A DNA stretch of 64,000 nucleotides, taken from NCBI RefSeq assembly GCF_009914755.1, contig NC_060929.1; one strand, written 5' to 3'. Origin of the DNA: the human T2T-CHM13v2.0 reference genome, Homo sapiens. The number at the start of each line of letters is the position of its first letter. The stretch's first letter is position 1. The notes under the pieces were generated by a model. The model saw only the letters and a program-made list of their open reading frames with translations. It did no database searches and was not told the DNA's origin. Below are positions 13,985 to 28,409 of this stretch, piece after piece. Made by a program: the position numbers and the translations under genes.

Positions 13985-14160
13985 TCAATTTTCACAACTA
14001 CATGAGGGGCTATTATCTCCATTTTATAGATGAGAAAACTAAGGCACACTAAGATCAAATAACTTACCCAAGGGTATCCAGCCTAGTAAGTGGCTAAGCT
14101 GGTTTTGAGTTTAGGTAATCAAGGTCCAGAGTCCCTGTTCTTAACTACCCCACTATACTC
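13985..14160 (-). mobile_element. MIR in LOX intron 4
   Basis: ttatctccattttatagatgagaaaactaaggcac...aacttacccaagg...ctagtaagtggc. Confidence 0.8.
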
Positions 14161-16609
14161 TCTCTCATACAGTCACTGAAATATGACATATTTTGTTGAA
14201 GGGGTAAATGCATGACTAAATTGATGAATGCCACATCACTCCACTTGCTAAAATATTCACATCAATAAGTAAATGAATGTCTTCTACAGGCTGGGAGGAG
14301 AAAAATATAACAAATACAATCCTTGCTTTTAAGAATGTTATAGTCTAGAGAAGTTTCCTCAGATTGGAGTCTGTAGGTATATTCTTGATTCCATTAGTTC
14401 TTCACAAAAAGTTTTAACTTGTATTTTTATTCTAATAGTAATTTAAATTCAAAGTACATGCTAGATTCATTTTAACTCAATACTGCCATTCAATTCTAGC
14501 AACCAATATTGCTTTGCTGTTTAAGATCACTTTGGTCACCCAAGAGACAGTAAAATCACCTTAGCATGCTCTACCAATGCTGGTTTAGCTGTAGCTTGAT
14601 TTGGGAAGAGCAGGGGAGAATTGTGCTGTCATAGAGCACACAATAGCACAGACAGGCCCAACTCAGAAGGGTCAGTGTCACAGCAGTGAGACTCATATTC
14701 TGTTGTTATTATCTAGATTCCTACCTTGATCCATACATCACTTAACAGTATGTTGAGTAGTAAATATAAAATGAAGAATTTTTGGTCTGATTCCAGCATA
14801 CAATTCTGATTCTGGCATATAATACATACTCAATAAGTGCTAGTTATTACTTCTACTACTACCACAATGTTCATGACATTGTAAAGGATTCACTGGATTA
14901 GATATTCATTTAAGATGGGTTTACATAATGCTTCAGTGCTTATCTTGCCTTCAAATAGACAAAAGAGCCTTAAAAATGCTGAAATTGGCACTCGAGTTCA
15001 TAAGCTGGCAGAACTTAAGTATAAGCTTTGATTATTTGCACAAGCAAGCAAAAACGAGTTACTAAGGCAAATAGGCATTTCATGTAGGCAAAGTCAAAAT
15101 ATAAAAACAGATTCAATGTTGAATGTTAGCTGAGGCTCTCTAAATCAGCAATTTGAGTTTTAGCAATACATACTATTTGTTACATTAAATTAATAAGGTG
15201 AATTCAACTGTTTTAGTTTCGTATATATTTAATATGTAAATTTTTGTCTCAGAACACAAGAGTTATTAATATGTAAAAGTATAAATCTAAAGAAGTTATA
15301 CCTAGTTTTATGCTTGAATACATTTAAGCAGCATTACAATAAACTAATCTGAGTCATCATTAGGTGATTGAGAGACTATTTTTTCCTTTAAATGAAGTCC
15401 ATGTGAAAGAGACATTGATCTAATGAAAAAAACAAATATATAAATCGCTCAATGCAAGATTTGGTGAATAATGGTTAAAAAGAACATATATGGAAGATGA
15501 TTAACAAGAAAGCTACCATATAAAATGAAATGGGGTCACCCCAAAGAAGGGGGGGAACCAGAAGTGCTATAATGTCTACAATCCCAGCTTCAAATATTTC
15601 AGAGTGAGCTGTCCAGAGTGCCTCTTTTTGTAAATGGGGCAAATAAACTCTAGGTCCCTTGCACAGGACTTGCAGATCACTGAAAAGGGAATCTGTATAT
15701 GCACACATGAATAATGTGTGGGTAAGTTACATCTCCTCTTTCTTAAGTAAGTACTGTCCTGGGGCATGTAGAAGTTAACCTTTCCCCCTCCAATTGCTAT
15801 GATGTTCTAAGCTCAGAGAAAAAAGCAATGGTAACATTTAGGTCACCAAACAGCTTCCTGCCACAGCCCTGGAATTTGCTTCCCAAGATGCCAACTGCTG
15901 ATCCCTTCATACCCTCAGTTATGTACATTCACTACCCCTTGCCAAGATCTGGGCGGGAGTCAAATTATAATGTCCTTTTACAAATTAGGGTTTCATATGG
16001 AAATACTGACATAGATTTTAACTGACACGCATTTTCCAATGATAAAACATGCAAACTGCTTAGTTCAGCACTACTTTAAAAAAATCCATCCAAACAACAT
16101 CTGACATCAATTATACTGTAGATTTAAATATATATGTGTGGAGAAAGAAATGGTGTCCTTCTGCTCTTATTTGCATTATTAAAAGAGGCAACTTTTTAAA
16201 GTGCTTTTAAAGAAACTTATTTTTCCTCCATTTGCTAACCCCAACCACTATTCTATTTTCAGCATAAAACAGAAGGAAGGAATGGTTTCACAGGTGAAAA
16301 AACAGAGATATCTTTTTTTACAGTTATTTACTAAGCCGGTTAAGGAATACAGAATGGGTGCATATGTTGTCAACCATTCAGACTTTTTCAGAGAGTAAAT
16401 TTTTGTTCTTCATTGTGGACTGTAACAAGGACCCACACTGACCTGTGATCATGAATAGGGGCCACATGCATAACTGGAAATACTTCAAAAGTAATTTGGA
16501 TCATCAAGCCATCATTTGCCTTTTCCCAATTATTTTACATCTTAACAACATGGACCTCAAATTGAATGCTTTATAAAAGAGAGGTGAGAGGAAAGAAAAT
16601 ACTAGACTC

Positions 16610-17008
<399 letters not shown>

Positions 17009-17749
17009 TCACAAATTTGTTTTCACATTAAAATTGAGACCAAATTTATCTTCTAAAAGAGAGATTCATGCTAGGGTTTTTTTTTCCCCAGGACATAAGT
17101 CTATCAAAATTGTAAGGTTTAACTTTGCTACTAGGACAAAAGACTTAGTTCAGTATTTTGCTTTCTTATTGTACCCCATTTTGTCTTTGAATATTAAATA
17201 GAAATGGACAATAAATTATCTGTGCTTAAGTGAAACTTGCCCTGTGTTCTCTAGTGTATTCCCCTTGGCTGCCACTGCTGATGTTTCATTCCGAAAAGCA
17301 GCACATGACTTTTTCAAGGTTTCTATGAGATTTTAAAAAATTGAGTTCTCACATATTTAAAATCATTAGTGAAAAGCAAGGGAGAACTCATGGCATGTTT
17401 TATCCACCATTATTATTTAAATAGTACACACTTTTATTTAGAAATAAAATATTCCTATTTTATCAGGAAATTAAGGGACTTATATCTACTTTTGTTATTT
17501 CATTAAATGGAAGGTGCTGAGCTGTTCATCTTCCCACATAAGGAAAAAACAATGAGGACTGGCTTGGATTTCAGGAAGTAAGTTTAAGGCCACACATGAG
17601 GATTTCCTGAAAATAAACACCCAGGCAAGTTACTAAGGCAAATGATAGAATTACCTTATGCAAAAATCCTTAAATTTAGGATAGAAAAGGCAACCACCTT
17701 GGGCTTGATACAGGTCTTTTAAAAGATGGAAGAAGGTCCTTCTGAGCTG

Positions 17750-17859
17750 ATGGGATGTATCATCTACATCTTTCTTTGAGAATGGTTTCTGAATGCTTGT
17801 GATAAAAAACGTGTGGTCTTTATGAAATGCTATTTAATGCTAACTAACTTTAGATGATC
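17750..17859. repeat. Copy B of a ~110-bp duplicated intronic element (intron 3)
   Basis: Aligns with 16610-16720. Confidence 0.9.
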
Positions 17860-18158
17860 TTGGCTGTAATGGACTTTTAAAGAAATCCTATCTGTAATGC
17901 ATTGGAGTAAATTTTATTGAAGTCAATTGCTGTATCCTATCAACAGCTTTAATAAGCTGGGCTTCAGATTTTCCATTTCAAAAGATAACAGGATCTTGTA
18001 GTAGATGGGTTATGTGAAATTACATAGAGAAAAATTCTAAATATAAGTAATAGCAATTTTCTCCCTTCAGGTAAGAAATAAGACTTGCATTTGTGATATC
18101 AAAAATCACCTGAGAAATGAAAAGCAACCCAAAAGTACCCAGGAGGCCCATTTACTTA

Positions 18159-18320
<162 letters not shown>

Positions 18321-18384
18321 TTATTATATTCATGGAATATTAACTAAAGACAAAACTACAAATAAAACATCCATTATATAGTAG

Positions 18385-18530
18385 TGACAATCCTCCTTTC
18401 CCAACTAGACTATCAGTTCCAAGAGTCTAAGGCATTTTGTTTCTTTTTGTTCATTGCTGAATCCAAAGCTCCTAGAACCGTCTTGGAGTAGTCAGAGCTC
18501 AATGAATATTTGGTGAATAAGTGAATGAAT
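18385..18530. mobile_element. L2 3' end in LOX intron 2
   Basis: actagactatcagttccaagag...tgttcattgctgaatcc...ctcaatgaatatttggtgaataagtgaatgaat. Confidence 0.7.
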
Positions 18531-19499
18531 AACACCTATGGAAATCCACAGATCTTAACAGTAAAAACATAATAAGCATTAAAAATCTAAATGTCAGAAG
18601 TAAACTTTAGAATCAATTCAAGTTTGATCATATGAATGAGTGAAACTGAAGTGGAAATAATCCCCCAATAAAAAAAATAATTCATAGATGTTTATTACAA
18701 ACTTCAAACTTAACAAAACTTTTAAAAAAGTTAATGAGCTGCAAACTGAGGAAATAACTCTAAAAGAGCATACCCAGATTTAAATTAATAATTTTGTAAC
18801 TTCACTATCCCAAAACAATGGCAGTACTGTAAAAACATCATAGGGAGTTCAATGGTGTGAGTGATGCAAGACTCAGGAATGAAAATGAGCTTGGATTTCT
18901 TCACTTCCTTTAGCCTGACAATTATAAAGGGTCAAAGTGGAAGAAATGTACAAATAAACATCACTGTGTTCCTACTAATATATTTAGTGTGTCTATATGT
19001 TCAGGTGGTATTGATGACCTTATTTTACACTTTAAATTTTTATTAAAACATCTTTTGCTCCCTCTGCTGTTTCCCAGCAGTAAACCCAGAGAACCCCAAT
19101 CCCAGAGTTACTATTTTATTTTAGAATAGTGGAAAAACAAAGCTCTTGCTCACGGTCTTATTCTGGCTGAAGTAATACCAAAACAACCAAGTTCATCGTG
19201 GTCTCAAACAAAAGAGGAAAACTTAGTCTTTACCAATGAGGCTACGATGGCAAATTTGCCCCGAATCTTTTAAGGGGGTATTAACACACCCTTCCATTAC
19301 AATAAATTTTTTGAATTACTGTATAGTTGTTTTATGAAAAGTGATTGGAACAATTGACTCCCAAGTTTAAGTATCTTGGAAAAAGAGCATGAGACTTTCA
19401 GTCTCCAGGATAAGGGTTTCCTCCACCTCTGTGATTCCTGCTGCACTTTGAGACAGAACCCACAGAAATCTTCAAAATATTAACTCTCCGTCCAGGTCA

Positions 19500-20782
<1,283 letters not shown>

Positions 20783-20810
20783 TCACAGAAAATAAAAACG
20801 GGGCTCAAAT

Positions 20811-20816
20811 CACGTG
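20811..20816. promoter_or_regulatory. E-box/HIF response element CACGTG about 71-76 nt upstream of the ATG
   Basis: Palindromic CACGTG; LOX is an established HIF-1 target with an HRE near this position. Confidence 0.65.
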
Positions 20817-21036
20817 AGGGAAGGAGAAATCTTCAACCAAGGAGGCGAGCGGAGCACGGGTATCTCAGTCTCCACCAAGCAATGCCAAGGGTGGGATTCA
20901 GACCCTTCCCCAGTCAAGGCGGCTGCTCGGACGTGGCACCCTTCCCTTTCCCCTTTCTCAGTCCTGGAAGGCAACGGGGAGCGGCGCGGCAGTCCCGGAG
21001 AGCGGGCAGTGTCTGGAGTGAAGGAAGGAGGAGAGA

Positions 21037-21123
21037 TTTTAAACTTTCTGGCACGTTTGCAAAGTTACACAAGCCGTTCTGGCCCGGCCGCCCCTCAGCT
21101 ATTTGTTCACGTAATGCGATTGG
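21037..21123 (-). promoter_or_regulatory. LOX: LOX core promoter: TATA-like TTTAAAA (21043-21037), CCAAT (21123-21119), HRE TACGTG (21113-21108)
   Basis: Motifs read directly; their spacing suggests a TSS near ~21010 (inferred). Confidence 0.6.
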
Positions 21124-22584
21124 AAACGTGCAAGGCGGACAGCTCCTCGCCTCTGCCCCTCCCTCTCTCCCGTCCCTGCCCTCCTCCCCCCAGACACGTT
21201 GCACAGGGAGCGTTAAGGGGAAAGAACAAAACGGAACACACATCCTGAGACACACTGGCTTAATCTGGGGCGAACATGCAGGAATTTCAAAAAACTCAGA
21301 CAGGCGAAGGCAGCCAGGCCATGGGGCGACGCCAAAATATGCACGAAGAAAAATGCTATTAGGTCACCAGCCCTTGAGAGGCGGGAAGTCGGGAGGTTGG
21401 GAGGGTGCTGGGGGTGAGAGGGGGGCGGGGGAGGATTGTGACTAAAGTTTATCCATAAAAGAGTTAACCAGACACATTTCCCAACGCACACTCTCTCGCT
21501 TTTATGGGAAGCGCCCTCAGCAAATAAACCCCAGGATATCAAATTTTGTTTTTCTGTGTGTAGGTAATATGAGAAATGGGTTACAAATTTATTTCCTACA
21601 GTGAATATTTTAATAACCAAAAGTGAAATTGTACAGGGAACAAAGCCAGCTAACGCTGCAGCTATGAATAAACCTGTCTCTTTTTCAAAATGCCGGCCTG
21701 ATTTGTACTTTGAGTAGAAGTGGAGAACCATCTGTCATCTCCACAGTGTCTACAAGGAAGATTCATTAAAGACTAGAACAAGTCTGCATGAGAAAGCACT
21801 CAGAAGGCATCTTCACATATGCATTTTATAAGACATTTTTCTCCTTCATCTTATAAAGAAGTTTGACTTTGGATTTAAAAAAAATTAAATCACCTCTGTT
21901 AAATACTGAAAGTCAGTAAAACATCGCATGCTGTTTAATTTATCTTCCAATCTAAACAAAGAAGTTGCTGAAGAAACAGCCTTAGAGTTTAGATTTTGGT
22001 AAAGAGAAGGAAGTAGGAGTGGTCAGAAAAGAATATAGGTGGGGGATAAATTATGCTGACTGGAAAGAGATACATAATGGACGAGTTATTCATATACCAC
22101 TCAGGGTTTGGGCAGTGCTAGAAACTTTGCAACAAAAAATGGTTACTAAATGGTCTGATTTAACACTACTACTCAAAACCAGATTTTGGTAACCATTTTA
22201 TTGGTCTCATCATTGGGCTATTGTCCAGACATACTTCAATATTCACATACCTCTGTTAGTCTCTGTCTCTCCATATTTAATCACCACATTTTGGTGGTGT
22301 GGTGGACCTCTGCTGATTTTGACTGCCTCACATCCATTTTCCTTTTCTTTCTAGTAAGAACAACCGGATTTTCCTTTGAGGGGCTTCCCACCCACCCCAC
22401 TCAGTTGCATAGTGGAAGGACTGAGCATTTATGAGACTTACCCACTTCAAGAAGTGGTCATGAGATCCAGGTTTGGCCAATCAAGCCATCTCTCTAGATG
22501 GTTTAATTTTATCTGGGATCTGAATCTTGAGCAGAAGGACACTGTCAAAAATGTTGCTCCTCAAACTACTAAAGAAAGTGCCCA

Positions 22585-22932
22585 GGCCTGGCGCAGTGGC
22601 TCACACCTGTAATCCTAGCACTTTGGGAGGCCAAGGCGGGCGGATCATTATCATTGGAGGTCAGGAGTTCGAGACCAGCCTGGCCAACATGGCAAAACCC
22701 CATCTCTACTAAAAATACAAACAAACAAACAAACAAACAAAAAATTAGCTGGGCATGGTGGCACATGTCTGTAATCCCAAACTACTCTGGAGGCTGAGGC
22801 TGGAGAATTGCTTGAGCCCGGAGAATTCCTTAAGCCCAGGAGGCAGAGGTTACAGTGAGCGGAGATCCACCACTGCACTCCAACTTGGGCAACAGAGTGA
22901 GACTCCATCTAAAAAACAAACAAACAAATGAA
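22585..22932 (+). mobile_element. Full-length AluS with TSD AAAGTGCCCA
   Basis: ggcctggcgcagtggctcacacctgtaatc...; TSD at 22575-22584 and 22933-22942; (AAAC)n linker and internal 18-bp duplication. Confidence 0.95.
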
Positions 22933-25805
22933 AAAGTGCCCATTATGTCTTGCTACACGGATCCGTCCCCTGCCCCGTCCCCCAAGCTACTTTAGGTGAG
23001 TACATTCTAAGACCTGGTTCTTCAGCATTTCCTTCTTTCTTTCTTACTCCCCGACCCACCCCCCCATCCCCCCCATACATTCCTTTGTGACTGAACATGG
23101 TCAGAGTCAATTTCTGTTGTTTTCCACCTAAGAAGGCTGACTGACACTGAGCAGGGTGTGGCTGCTTCTGTCACCTAATCAGTTCACATTATTCTCAGTT
23201 CAGGGTGATGGGTTTGGTTCAGTTTGAGTCAAGTTAGATTTCCCCTGCCCATGACCGCACAGCATCCTTGGTCACAGGGAAATATCACATGGAAGCTCGC
23301 CAATGTGTTGGCAAATCTATTACTTACATGATAATTTGCACTTGAAGATGAACATTCAAATGCAATTCCCACTGATGGCAAGTCAACAGTGACATCTCAC
23401 TCTCCCTATAAGGGTCAGAGACATCCCTAGCTGTCATTTTACAGACTTGCTGCAGTGCTTAAAATTAAACTACTCAACTCCTCCAAACCCACTAAGAAAG
23501 ATGGAGTGAAAAAGAAGAAACAGGTGTATAGATTATAATTTCAATGGACAGGCCAAATTACAGGAGAAGCAGGAAACGAAAGAATGTAATTATCCCTCAT
23601 CTGAAAAAGGCTCTGCATGTGCCCATGAACAGCTTATTCCCTAGACTAGAGAAGTCTGAAACTGCTATTACTTGACCACAGGTTCCTGAGGGAAGACCTC
23701 TGCTATGCCAGACATAGTGTCAGAATGGCAGACCAAAGCAGCACCCCTAATGGGAGGGTAGAAAGTTTACACTGGATCCCAGATAAAATGCCCTGTTTCC
23801 AATCCTAGTGCTCCAATAAAAAAAAAAAAAAAGCTGTGTCTCTTTGGACAGTTTATTTACTATCTCTGGCTTTTGTTATATTTAGGATTCAAGGATTAAC
23901 CAAATTCTTTCTAAAGTATCTTTCCTAGTTTTAAAATCTCTGATTTTTGTGAATATTCAAGTTATTCCAATTACTTTCGATTCATTGATAATAATGTGTT
24001 CATTATGATTATTAATATTTAATCAAATTTTTTTAGTTGGAGTTTAAAACATTGGATGCATTTTGTGTGAGTTAGAATCTGCAGACTGCAATTTTCTTAT
24101 TCTACATATTTTCCAATAGTGAAAGTCAATACATATTTATTTGTTTTACAAACATTTCTTGAACACATATATATGTTCCGAAGTGTAGTATACCATAATG
24201 GTGACTTGCACACGTGAGCACTAAAAGTTTAGAGCTGAATGAAGTTGATCCTTTTTTCCAGATTTGCTCCAACAGACTTTAAAATTCTTATCAGAGTATA
24301 AATAACTGACTAGAGCAGTAATGATGTGCAATATTTATTTTCTTAAAACATGTACACACTACCAAAAGAGAAAAACACACTACCCTTTGTCACACATGCT
24401 AATGAAAAGCTTAGTTGATTTTCACTCTCCTTCATTTCCTCTAAAATCTCTCTGGCTTAGGACTCTGTCAGCTGAAAAACAAACATGTGGCTACCACATT
24501 TGGGGACAATACAGTGTTTGCAAGCCCTGCGGGAGATAATCTAGCCACACATTGTGTTCCCTGTTCAATAACAAAACTATTATTCACAAAATTGGAGAAA
24601 CCATAGTTCCTTTCCACTCAAATCTGAGATGATAATGATGATGACAATAATAATAATAAGCCACGGCTACATCAAGATACAAACAGCTTTTTTTGCTTTG
24701 ATAAGATCCACAGCTGATTTCACTTTTGACCATGAGATTTTCTTCTCATGAACAATTCTGCAGTATGTGCCATAAGAGAAGGGAAGGAATGTTGCTAATT
24801 CTTTTTTTGAGTTTCTAGCCCATCAATATCAAATCTTTAAATGGCAATGTCTGGCCCATTGGCCAAGAAATGAAAGTTGTTGTAATGCTATGTTCCTGGT
24901 ATTTGTTAAATGCATTTATTTTTGTAGGACATTTCACATAAATGGAAAACAGAAAGCCGAAACCATAAAGCAGGGCCTCTGAATTGCAGAAGCCAGAACA
25001 GTAATGCCACATTCAAAGCAATCAGGTTCAAGTGTAAATTCTTTTGTTTGAGGCTCAAGAAGCTCATACAAAGCTTGTTTTTTGGTAAAGAGTAATGGTT
25101 GTATGTGCTTTGGTTCCATGTGGTTTGAAAACAAAACAGCACAGAGAATAAAATTTAAAAAGTGGAAAGTTGGAGATGTGTAAGGGGAAAATGATTGAGA
25201 AAACAGAATACCATATAACACAAAGGAGAATACACTCTGAGTGTTGAATTAGGACATTGAGGATACTTAAAAAGTAATTAAGAAATGTAACAGAGTGAAA
25301 TACAGAACTAGAAATCTTTTTACTTGGAGTGAAATGGAGGAGAGGAGTAAGTTAGCCTTAAAGTTAACAGTGTGCTTGTGTTCCCTTCTACTACTTATCC
25401 TAGCCTTCTGCCACATACCACTTCCAGGTATTCACCCAAATATAAAAAGTAGACAGTTGGGTACACACTTGTCTGTGTGTCAAGACCGAACTGAAAAAAA
25501 AAAAGTATAAACAAACTGAGTAGAAGAATTCCAGAAATAATAACTTTTAAATGTATCTGGCTTGGTTACCCATTCCTTTGGGCCACCTAAGGAATGGAAA
25601 AGTGGCGTTTAACTCTAAGGAATAGAAAAGTATTTCATTCTGGTGTCCTTAATGCATGTTCATATGTGATGAAGTAAAGAATGTTAGTTACTGAAACAAA
25701 ATGGGAAAATGAGAAGAGGTGATATGATAGGAGAATGGGTCTTTGAAGTACAGGGGATCAGAGTTCAAAGTAATTAGTTCTATTAACAATAAAAATAAGG
25801 GTTCA

Positions 25806-25907
25806 CCGGGAGGCGAAGCTTGCAGTGAGCCGAGATTGCGCCACTGCACTCCAGCCTGGGTGACAGAGCCAGACTCCGTCTCAAAAAAAAAAAAAAAAAA
25901 AAAAAAA
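25806..25907 (+). mobile_element. Severely 5'-truncated AluY-like insertion with pure poly(A) tail and TSD AAGGGTTCA
   Basis: ccgggaggcgaagcttgcagtgagccgagattgcgccactgcactccagcctggg...A25; TSD at 25797-25805 and 25906-25914. Confidence 0.9.
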
Positions 25908-26567
25908 GGGTTCAGCCAATTGGCAAAATTGCTTACAAGTAAAGTCCACATGATTTAATTGGTCCCAATAGACAGTCCAATGGCAAAATGGCAACGTTCT
26001 TCATGCTGTGGAGTGTATAGGGTCATTTTTGTTATTAATTGATACAATGAAGTGTGCTCCTATTTCTACCTCTGGACTTCTTTTCTGCTCCTAAGCTCTT
26101 GCTGGATTCAGTTTCACTGTCCCAGTACCCTAAAAGTTATTTAATATAACCTAGGCATGATCCTCCAAAATCGTGGGGTATAAGTCAGGAGGGTCCTGAC
26201 TTATATTCTTCCTCTGCCTATCACATGCAATGATTGCAATCTTACTACTAGGCAGTCATCCCTCTGCTTTAACTTAACTCAGTGTGCATTGCCTTCTCTT
26301 AAGGCCCAGGGAAAACAAGATGACAAATGTCTAACGTCTTAATGGGAATTATCTGAGATTTAATTTTTTGTCCCTCTCTCCTGTAAAATGATAGATCTCA
26401 GAATATTTGAGGGTGTTGTGTGTGTTTGGAGTGAAGGCAGAGTGGAAGGAAAATGTTGATGAGGCTGTGAAAGTGAAACCCTGCTTCACAATTATGCTTG
26501 AGGTCAACTTTGAGAATCAGTTCTTTTTCTTTCTATTATGATTAGAATGTTACTCTTGATTATATAG

Positions 26568-26890
<323 letters not shown>

Positions 26891-27579
26891 TGAAATTTTT
26901 TTATATAATGGCTCTTGAAGCCGTGAGTCTTTTAAACAGGCTCAGTTAGTTATAATTAGTCCTATAACTATATTGCAGTAAACATGGGTTTCTCTGACTT
27001 TTATATATTTTCTAATATTTCAGCTGTTTTATGGATCACAGTTATCTCTTTCAGGAGGCACAGAGAAAAAAACTTAAGCCCTGTGTCATAAAGTCTGTGG
27101 GAACTGTGTCTCCAATAGGTCACATAATGGCACTGGACTCTTTGACCCTATTCTAGGCTGCTTATGTGAAGAAGACAGGCTTGTTTGCCAGGGAGATATC
27201 TTTTATACGTTATGCTCAATGGTCTATATAAGTTTTTGAAATGGTTAACATAAGAGCCTATAGTACAGTGGCATATTGAAAAATAATAAATGCATTGATT
27301 AAATGAAAATATTAGGTGAAAATCTCAAAATGAAGTTATACAACCTTAAATGATCTGTGGTTAAGGAGTCTCCAATACCTAAATCATTGAGTTGAATATA
27401 CAGGGTCTTTTCAAATTTGCTAAATAGATGCCTAGTCAAGGAAAGAAATAATTTAAAGAATAAGCAAAAACAAGTAATTATAAAAACTCCCTCAATTTAA
27501 TCTCCCTCTCTAACAGGACAATACCTGTCCTCTCATTACTAATAATTGCTTCTGTTTCTTACCATTTACTATGCTCCTG

Positions 27580-27760
27580 GAACTATACAAAGTGCTTGAA
27601 TGTATTACCTCACTTTTATATTCACAATAACCCTATGAGGTGGTTATTAATATTTTCATTTTATAGATAAGGAACATATCTATAAAGCTTAGAGAGATAA
27701 AGCATCATGCTCAGTTAAAACTTGGCAGAGCTGGATCTTGAACCCAGGTCTAGCCTGCTA
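27580..27760 (-). mobile_element. MIR fragment
   Basis: tcacaataaccctatgaggtggttattaatattttcattttatagataaggaac...ggcagagctggatcttgaacccagg. Confidence 0.7.
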
Positions 27761-28009
27761 TAAGCACGATATTAAATTCTTGTTATGTGAAGTAGAAAAA
27801 AGGTAAGTAGTTGTTTCTTTCATTTTCCTTTCTTTGTTTAATTACTGGAAAAAATAAGCTGAGTTACTCATTAAAGTTTACATCACAAGGAGATTGTGGC
27901 CAGGCCAATTAAATAATTAGACTAGCAGTGACTGTCATTCTAGTGCCCATGGCTAAATGGCTGTGGGATACGTGTGACATACAAGTTAGCTGGGAAGGTG
28001 ACAAGCAGT

Positions 28010-28240
28010 AGAAAGAACGTTGACTATGGAGACAGACAGTCCTTGGATAACTCTCACCTCTACTATTTACTAACAATAAGTACTTGGATGAATTACTTAA
28101 CTATTATGAGACTTGGGTTTCGGCACCAAAAATAAAGATAATAAAATCTATCTTCAGGGTTGTTGTGAGAATGAAATGTTTGTAAGTGCATGTCAGAGCA
28201 TCTAGCTTATGTTAGGCAATGAATAAATGGTAGTTATTAC
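28010..28240 (+). mobile_element. MIR fragment
   Basis: ggagacagacag...ttggatgaattacttaac...agggttgttgtgagaatgaaatg. Confidence 0.7.
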
Positions 28241-28409
28241 TACTTGGTACTTGGACATAGAATTTAAAAGTCGACAAAGACAACTGTATACAATCATGCA
28301 AAAAGGCATTTTCTATAAACAAGGAAAAAGGAACATTCTTTCCTTCTTAAAGTGCCTATTTTGCTACTTTGAGGCAGGCAGGCTTTTTTAAAAAAAAGAA
28401 ATCAGTAAG

